From an uncultured bacterium (GTDB lineage: Bacteria > Patescibacteriota > Microgenomatia > Levybacterales > UBA12049), in the NCBI GenBank assembly GCA_963826535.1, contig CAWGXL010000002.1, positions 30,503 through 94,502 of the forward strand: a DNA stretch of 64,000 nt, written 5' to 3'. Shown piece by piece: positions 58,188-64,000 of the stretch. How positions within the stretch are numbered: position 1 is the stretch's first letter; each line of letters starts with the position of its first letter. The position numbers and the translations under genes are program-made. Below the pieces are notes generated by a model. The model worked only from the letters and a program-made list of their open reading frames with translations. It ran no database searches and had not been told where the DNA came from.

Positions 58188-59042
58188 CTATTGGGAAAGT
58201 GGAGGGTTGGTGATGGTTTGTACACTGGAAACCGGCTGTGTCGCGGTTGTTGTTGAAGCGGAGTTTGTATTAGAAGACATATACACAACTATAAGTACGA
58301 TAATAAGAATACCAAATACACCGCTCATTATAATAATTCTTTTTTTGTCTGTTTTTGGTTTTTGGACTTCTTGTGTTTCTGTTTCGTCTATTTCACTTTC
58401 GTTTTTCTCTGGTTCATGTGTTGACTGAACTAACAGATTATATTGTTTTAATGTAGGAGTTAATTGCAGGATTAAGTTTGCCGCTGCGGGAGTCAATACC
58501 GGCTGAGAGCTAATATTGCTTCCATATAATCCGCCCGGTATAACGAAATCAATTGAAAAGCCGTTTTTTTCAAATGTAGTTTTTATTGCATCTATCAATT
58601 CCTGATTGGTAGCAATTATCCGTTCTCCGTTTTGCAATTGAAACTCTTTGCTCGCCACTATTTCAAATGGAATATGATCCAGAAACTCTTCTTTTTGCTT
58701 CTTCAGCTCATTTTTAGATTCGTCTTCCTCTTTTTCTTGAGTTTGTTTTTGCACCTGTGACTCCTTGGTTGCAACAGCTAGCACAGGACGCCTATCCGGC
58801 TGCGCAAAGTCCTTTATAAAACAGACATTATCGGCTAAAGCTATTATAAAACTACAAGGCAGTATTTTATTGCTTTCTATAAAGATTTTGATAATATTTT
58901 CAAACAACTCTTTGTTAACTACATCCAGATCACGGACAATATCAGGCACAAAATGGAACTCAAGAACGTTAGGTTGCAAAGCAGTGTAGATCTGAAATTT
59001 ATCGCGTAGTAAATAAATCACCCCAGTTCCTTTGACCGGCAT
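58188..59042 (-). CDS. pilus-cluster protein with C-terminal membrane anchor (possible pilus assembly component)
   Basis: 284 aa. The soluble N-terminal ~220 aa are followed by a TM segment (RIIIMSGVFGILIIVLIVVYM) and a short Ser/Thr-rich tail. It is co-oriented and contiguous with the pseudopilin genes. Confidence 0.4.
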   Translation of the reverse strand: MPVKGTGVIYLLRDKFQIYTALQPNVLEFHFVPDIVRDLDVVNKELFENIIKIFIESNKILPCSFIIALADNVCFIKDFAQPDRRPVLAVATKESQVQKQTQEKEEDESKNELKKQKEEFLDHIPFEIVASKEFQLQNGERIIATNQELIDAIKTTFEKNGFSIDFVIPGGLYGSNISSQPVLTPAAANLILQLTPTLKQYNLLVQSTHEPEKNESEIDETETQEVQKPKTDKKRIIIMSGVFGILIIVLIVVYMSSNTNSASTTTATQPVSSVQTITNPPLSQ

Positions 59043-59044
59043 AT

Positions 59045-59419
59045 TTAAAATACCTCCTTTCTTGAGTCTATCACAAGAACATAATCAGAATTATAATGTG
59101 CTTTAATCTGTATTTTACGCGTATAATTACCTACTTTTCCACTTGCAGTTGCTATAAATGTACCTCCGGGACTGGTAACTTGTATATCTACTGTTCCATC
59201 ACCAATTGACATACTTTCGCCGGTATACGCAGGATTTCTTAATAATCGCAGCAAGGCATTTTCTGCTCCGCTTTGTGCCAACTCATAGGCGATGGTACCC
59301 TGCTGGAATTTCAATCCGCTTTGGGAATTAATTAAAACCAACATGGTTGCTCCAGTGGCTATGGTAATTCCGATAAGTGAAATAAAAAGCAATGAAATGA
59401 GCGCTTGTCCTTTATTCAT
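59045..59419 (-). CDS. pseudopilin-like protein (non-canonical N-terminus)
   Basis: MNKGQALISLLFISLIGITIATGATMLVLINSQ is a pilin-like N-terminal hydrophobic helix without the G-F motif. It has 124 aa and a 4-nt overlap with the upstream gene. Confidence 0.45.
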   Translation of the reverse strand: MNKGQALISLLFISLIGITIATGATMLVLINSQSGLKFQQGTIAYELAQSGAENALLRLLRNPAYTGESMSIGDGTVDIQVTSPGGTFIATASGKVGNYTRKIQIKAHYNSDYVLVIDSRKEVF

Positions 59420-59946
59420 GGCATGCTAAAAGTAGTCTTGAAATCTCTATATTCAGGTCCGTTACGGCGTATTATCTTACTGGTTAATCTGAAACTAACC
59501 CGGATTGTATCTTTGTTCCCTCCCGGACCGATTCTCTGAAATAAAAGAGCCGATATGCTTGAGTCAGTACTACTTAAATTATTCAGACTCGGAGTAACTA
59601 ATTGCAAGCTACCGCTACTGGACGCACTATAAGTATATAGCACAGAATTTATCTTAATTTTCAAAATCGGCCCGGCTGAACCGGTAGCAGGCGTATCAAT
59701 GTTATTGTTTAAGGGGTTAGCGCTATCCGCTGACTGAAAATCATGTGCCAATTTCGCCAAAATATACCTTCCATCCAGATCAACGCTAGAGTATGATTTC
59801 GACTCAAGCTGAACATCTATAATTGATCCAAAAACCGAACTTAATATCAGCAAAAGTGTAGAAAAAATACTTATAAACATAAGTAATTCTATAAGTGTAA
59901 AGCCCTTCGGCAAGCTCAGGGCATGGCCATGTGACGTAGTTTTCAT
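59416..59946 (-). CDS. type IV pseudopilin (canonical prepilin signal)
   Basis: MKTTSHGHALSLPKGFTLIELLMFISIFSTLLLIL contains the G|FTLIEL prepilin motif. It has 176 aa. Confidence 0.7.
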   Translation of the reverse strand: MKTTSHGHALSLPKGFTLIELLMFISIFSTLLLILSSVFGSIIDVQLESKSYSSVDLDGRYILAKLAHDFQSADSANPLNNNIDTPATGSAGPILKIKINSVLYTYSASSSGSLQLVTPSLNNLSSTDSSISALLFQRIGPGGNKDTIRVSFRLTSKIIRRNGPEYRDFKTTFSMP

Positions 59947-60927
59947 TTATTGAACATTGAAATCTAGCGAGCGCAGCATATGATCAAAAACATAAACAAA
60001 TACAGGATTGCTTGCACTACTGCCCAACGCGAAATAACCGTTTGCATATTGGAATACAGCCGAAATAGAACTCAAACCAAGGGGACCATTTGTGTAAATG
60101 GTGCCGGGAGTTCCACTAACTATAATTGGACCGGTATAGCTGGCTGACGAACTTAAATAGTCAGCTTTCCACCCCACAAAAGCGATAGACGGCTTGTCTA
60201 TATTGCCCGCATCACCGGGCATATATAGAGTAATTCCTTCATGTCCATTAAAGTTGGATTTCACCATTTGCCAATCAGAGGGATAATCAATAGCGTAATG
60301 ATCTTGATGATTTATATAACGCATCCAGATTACATCTACAGGAGGTATGGCCGGAGGTATATAGGTGAAATAATCACCTTCTTCATTTTTAAAAATAATT
60401 TGAACATCCGTCACAGGTGTGGGAGTTACAGAATTGGCGGGATTATTTAACTCGCTGCCTTGCTGATTGTCTGTTGATGATGAACCGGATCCGCCGCCGC
60501 TTCCTCCTGAATTTGCTGATTGATTTGATGAACCTGCGTTTGCATTTTGTTGGGTTGAAACATTTTGAGTACTTGTTTGTGATCCTGATTGAGAATATTG
60601 TCCGCCTGAATTACTGTATTGGTTCTGGGTTTGAATGGTATTTCTACCAGGACTAAAGAAGCCTCCTATAAAATAAAAAAATTTAGTCATTAGCGGGGGG
60701 TCTGTCGGAGTTGGCGCGTTTGCAGGTAATTGTGAAGCCTGTTGATAATCCTGCGTATTTAATTGACTTTGTGTTTTATCATTTACGGCTTTATACTTGG
60801 TGTTGCTACTTATAAATGACATGCTAACAACGCTCACAAGCATGACAAAGATAATCGCGCCAATGATAAACAGCATTTTTTGCTGCACAATTAATTGGAT
60901 TAATTTATCAGAATATTTATTTTTCAT
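59947..60927 (-). CDS. membrane-anchored protein with Ser/Gln/Gly-rich low-complexity linker and C-terminal globular domain
   Basis: N-terminal TM (LFIIGAIIFVMLVSVVSMSF), a long SQ/GS-rich region (...GSGGGSGSSSTDNQQGS...), then a ~150-aa C-terminal domain. Confidence 0.5.
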   Translation of the reverse strand: MKNKYSDKLIQLIVQQKMLFIIGAIIFVMLVSVVSMSFISSNTKYKAVNDKTQSQLNTQDYQQASQLPANAPTPTDPPLMTKFFYFIGGFFSPGRNTIQTQNQYSNSGGQYSQSGSQTSTQNVSTQQNANAGSSNQSANSGGSGGGSGSSSTDNQQGSELNNPANSVTPTPVTDVQIIFKNEEGDYFTYIPPAIPPVDVIWMRYINHQDHYAIDYPSDWQMVKSNFNGHEGITLYMPGDAGNIDKPSIAFVGWKADYLSSSASYTGPIIVSGTPGTIYTNGPLGLSSISAVFQYANGYFALGSSASNPVFVYVFDHMLRSLDFNVQ

Positions 60928-60987
60928 AGGTTCTAATTAAGATTATCGTTTTGAGGAGGTAGATGCAAGAGGATGACAAAAATATGG

Positions 60988-63900
60988 TTATGGAGCATGA
61001 TTGACTGTAACGTCTTTTAGCTGGGGTGAATAGTCATTATTTTCGGTTGTTAACCATGCTTTATAAAGGAAACAGCGATTTGGATTTTGGTAATTCGGGT
61101 TAATACTACCGTACCTGATAGCCCCTGATATGCTCGCGCCTATTGTGCTATAAAAATCAAGCGGCTTGCCATCGGCATCAAGAGCAGGATTACCGTTGGG
61201 TCCAATAAAAGTGTAATAATTTGGATCGGTCGAACAGGATGGCCCAACAATAGGTGCTACTGCAACTTGCATCGTAAGAGTTGTATTAGCAGGACTATCA
61301 ATATTGGCTACAAATCTATTAAAGATCGTTGATGTACTTGCTACTATCGGATTGGATACAAAGTTCCCCGCAGGCATATAAATGCCTTCATCAACCCCGC
61401 CTTGAATGATTTTCAACTCATTATTTGTCGTATTCGCAATTATATAAACAAAATTATCACCGTCTTTTTCTGACACAGAAGTCAGACCATTAAATCCTGT
61501 ACCGGAATTGTAAATTCCTCCACAATACCTGGGATTCGTTTCGCTGCTCGGAGGAGAAGCTGCAGGATCCATACTAATCACTTGATACTCCTGAGCGTTA
61601 TTACTGTTAGGAATACCGTCCTTTCCTACCAGAACTGCACGCTTACCATCAAGGACTGTCAATGAACTTCTCGTAAAAAGTTCTTCATTGTGATAGCTGG
61701 GACCACTTGGTGGGGGTGTAACTACCGCACCGTTATAGTAACCATTTGCTGGTTCTGGAGATCCTGATCCCGACAGGAATCGTACATCGCTTTTGTTTGA
61801 AGTATTAAGTATATAAAATTGTTTACTATCCGGTCCATTAGCTCCATCTGCATCAACGCCTCCATTTGACGATATATATGCACGAGTTCCGTCTGAGTTA
61901 CCGAATACCGAATTTGCCGCTTCTTCTGTATTATTATCATTATTAAAATCAATTGTATCGCTACGCCTCCATCCGCTATTAGGGTTATTAGATGTATCAG
62001 TAGCACCGCAATAAGCATTACTGATGGTAGGGGAAGTACTTCCCGTTGGCAACGTGGTGACATTAATAATCTCAAATTCTTCAGGAGTAACTCCGCCGAC
62101 AGCCACATAAACATAAGTATTAGCTCCAACTTTTATAGGAAAAACGTCATTAGTCGCGTAAAGTTCTATATTCCCTCCGTCCGAACAATCATTATGAATT
62201 GCGCTTGTATCATCGCCCCAGCTAGTCCCTGATTCTCCGGGATCATATTTTTCCACGGTTGCAGGAGAGCCCGGATTACAATCATAACCGTCAAGTTGGA
62301 TACGGCAGCCCAACATATCAAGACCGTTGCTCGGAGATTTACTATCAATATTGCTTAAATCAAATACATAAAGATACCCGCCTGAAGTCATGTACCCTTT
62401 ATTATCAAGTATTGCGAGCGATGTTGCCCCATAAGTATAAGGCGCTCTATCATAAGCGGTATCAGTAAGGCTGTAATAGACCTTCACTGCTGCCCAATCC
62501 AGAAAGAAATCACGCGTATTGTCAAGACCAACATTAGTTATACGCATTCGGAAATTCGCATTGGTGAAATCTCCGACGCTCCACGCGCGGCCCCAAGTAT
62601 TTGTTGAGCCGCCATAAGTCTCAGTAGCCTGACTTGTGCCAAGAGTACTGGAAATGGCTGATGTCCATGTATTACCTCCATCCCACGATAGCTCAACGCA
62701 CATAGTCGGATCCGGAGAGCCTGACGTACTGTTAACCCATGCATCCAAACGCACTTCTATGCCACCGATAGTTACCCCGGCCGGAATATTTATATTGTAG
62801 TCGTAATAGCGATGCCGGTCTTTACCTGCGCTTCCACAAGTAGTGCCTGTTGCTGTGCCACTGTCACGGTCTTCCGCATACGAGGTACTTCCGGAACCGT
62901 CAGCATATGCTCTTGTCGGATCCCGTTCAAAGCCGTTGCCATCCCCTCCGGTACTGGCTGCGTTGGCTGATGGACTTAAGAATCCCGTATCAAAGTTTTG
63001 AACAACAGGAGGAGAGCCTGAATAAATTCTGGTGTTAAAAAAAGTATGGTATTTATAAATCTTGTTTGTTATATCCTGATAGGCGTCCCCGCTACCGTCA
63101 TTTATCTGCGCAGCTACAATCTCTTTGTCCGGAAGATCTGTCGCAAGTAAGGCGTATACTTTGCCGTCAGATTTTTTATAAAATGCCACATCATTTGTCT
63201 TGAAACTATTTGTCAAATTTGGAATTGAAGGGGGATTCCCCAAAACAGATGGATAAGTTCCTCCCGTATATTGACTTGAATCTAAGGTAAATTTTCCCCG
63301 CATTGTTGCAGTAGGAGTTGCCTGATTGGCAGTCACATTTATATAAGCAAGTTTTACCGCACTTGTTGTATTCGGAGACGTTGCAACAAAAACATCATTC
63401 GGGATGGATGTAAATGCGCTGGCTGTCGCCGCCACTGCAACAGGAGGATCAGGTAAGGGTATATTAAAATCTGAGATCGATGGGGAGCACCATTTTGCTT
63501 TGTCATTATTAGACAGCTTGACCTCTCCGTCGCTAACAGTAGTTAATTGGACATGATCTTTATGCCCCGCGTTAAATTGATCATAGGTTGTCTGTTTTTG
63601 AGTGAGGTTATCCGTGCGAGTCAGATAAAATATTGAGTTGATCGAATTTGTGGTAGGTTGGGTCCAGGAGACTCTGATCTCTGCTTTTTTAGTTGACGGA
63701 TCGATTGTGCCTGACGGAGCAGCAACGATATTACCATTGTCATCTCTGTTCACGTCACTGATAAACACCTCCTGTGTGAGCCCGGCAGAAGTACTGGCCC
63801 CCGACACCAGAGTCCAAAGGTTTCCTGAAATTTCGGGATGATATGGGATGAGACTGCTTGGAGGCATAAACGACCATCCTGATTTTTGCACTGCCCTGAC

Positions 63901-64000
63901 CGCTTCTTCAGTTTCTTTGAGCAGCGAAACTGCCTGCGCTTGCTGTATTTGCCTGACTTTCCCGTCTCGCGATGCCATTAGGCCTATCATCAAAGTAGGA
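60988..64000 (-). CDS. giant pilin-like/pilus-associated protein, probable tip adhesin (5' end outside window)
   Basis: The ORF is open to the window edge, with no stop upstream of the annotated TTG at 63993. The N-terminal residues ...MIGLMASRDGKVRQIQQAQAV read like the end of a pilin N-terminal helix. It has more than 1000 aa and Thr/Ser/Gly/Asn-rich beta-type composition. Confidence 0.55.
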   Translation of the reverse strand, partial: PTLMIGLMASRDGKVRQIQQAQAVSLLKETEEAVRAVQKSGWSFMPPSSLIPYHPEISGNLWTLVSGASTSAGLTQEVFISDVNRDDNGNIVAAPSGTIDPSTKKAEIRVSWTQPTTNSINSIFYLTRTDNLTQKQTTYDQFNAGHKDHVQLTTVSDGEVKLSNNDKAKWCSPSISDFNIPLPDPPVAVAATASAFTSIPNDVFVATSPNTTSAVKLAYINVTANQATPTATMRGKFTLDSSQYTGGTYPSVLGNPPSIPNLTNSFKTNDVAFYKKSDGKVYALLATDLPDKEIVAAQINDGSGDAYQDITNKIYKYHTFFNTRIYSGSPPVVQNFDTGFLSPSANAASTGGDGNGFERDPTRAYADGSGSTSYAEDRDSGTATGTTCGSAGKDRHRYYDYNINIPAGVTIGGIEVRLDAWVNSTSGSPDPTMCVELSWDGGNTWTSAISSTLGTSQATETYGGSTNTWGRAWSVGDFTNANFRMRITNVGLDNTRDFFLDWAAVKVYYSLTDTAYDRAPYTYGATSLAILDNKGYMTSGGYLYVFDLSNIDSKSPSNGLDMLGCRIQLDGYDCNPGSPATVEKYDPGESGTSWGDDTSAIHNDCSDGGNIELYATNDVFPIKVGANTYVYVAVGGVTPEEFEIINVTTLPTGSTSPTISNAYCGATDTSNNPNSGWRRSDTIDFNNDNNTEEAANSVFGNSDGTRAYISSNGGVDADGANGPDSKQFYILNTSNKSDVRFLSGSGSPEPANGYYNGAVVTPPPSGPSYHNEELFTRSSLTVLDGKRAVLVGKDGIPNSNNAQEYQVISMDPAASPPSSETNPRYCGGIYNSGTGFNGLTSVSEKDGDNFVYIIANTTNNELKIIQGGVDEGIYMPAGNFVSNPIVASTSTIFNRFVANIDSPANTTLTMQVAVAPIVGPSCSTDPNYYTFIGPNGNPALDADGKPLDFYSTIGASISGAIRYGSINPNYQNPNRCFLYKAWLTTENNDYSPQLKDVTVNHAP

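Overview
This window reads as low-GC, gene-dense bacterial chromosome with about 60 protein-coding genes. I found no rRNA, tRNA or CRISPR. Small proteins, multiple type IV pilin-like genes and archaeal-type enzymes suggest a reduced Patescibacteria/CPR-like genome; this is inference only. Named genes, left to right: a PaaX-like regulator fragment, dprA, topA, a J-domain protein, a 1564-aa protein with an N-terminal M48-like HExxH domain and a C-terminal UbiB/ABC1-like kinase domain, and a minimal MGMT domain. A long de novo purine cluster follows: a purF-purN fusion, a Cys-rich repeat protein, purD, purL with a PurS-like N-extension, purQ, two tandem archaeal-type purP genes, then purB, purK, purE, purC and purM. 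Further right: a PRC-barrel protein, a DUF5678-like/retropepsin-like pair, ppsA, a frameshifted S1-like protease lipoprotein, a DUF5615/DUF433 toxin-antitoxin-like pair, Nudix, PAP2 and LytR_C proteins, a PfkB kinase with ahcY, a sugar cluster (GT20 OtsA-like, HAD-IIB phosphatase, GT-A transferase, GH1 and a GH-A hydrolase), and PGM/PMM with a cupin and PGI/PMI. The window ends in a type IV pilin/pseudopilin cluster that finishes with a giant pilin-like protein running off the edge. Unexplained structure includes two copies of a ~110-nt element with TTGTC/GACAA termini and paired ATTCC...GGAAT hairpins, a shared 21-nt G5 motif in two intergenic regions, and two paralogous Cys-rich repeat proteins in inverted orientation flanking an 11.5-kb segment. 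All functional calls come from reading the translations for motifs. No database search was possible.
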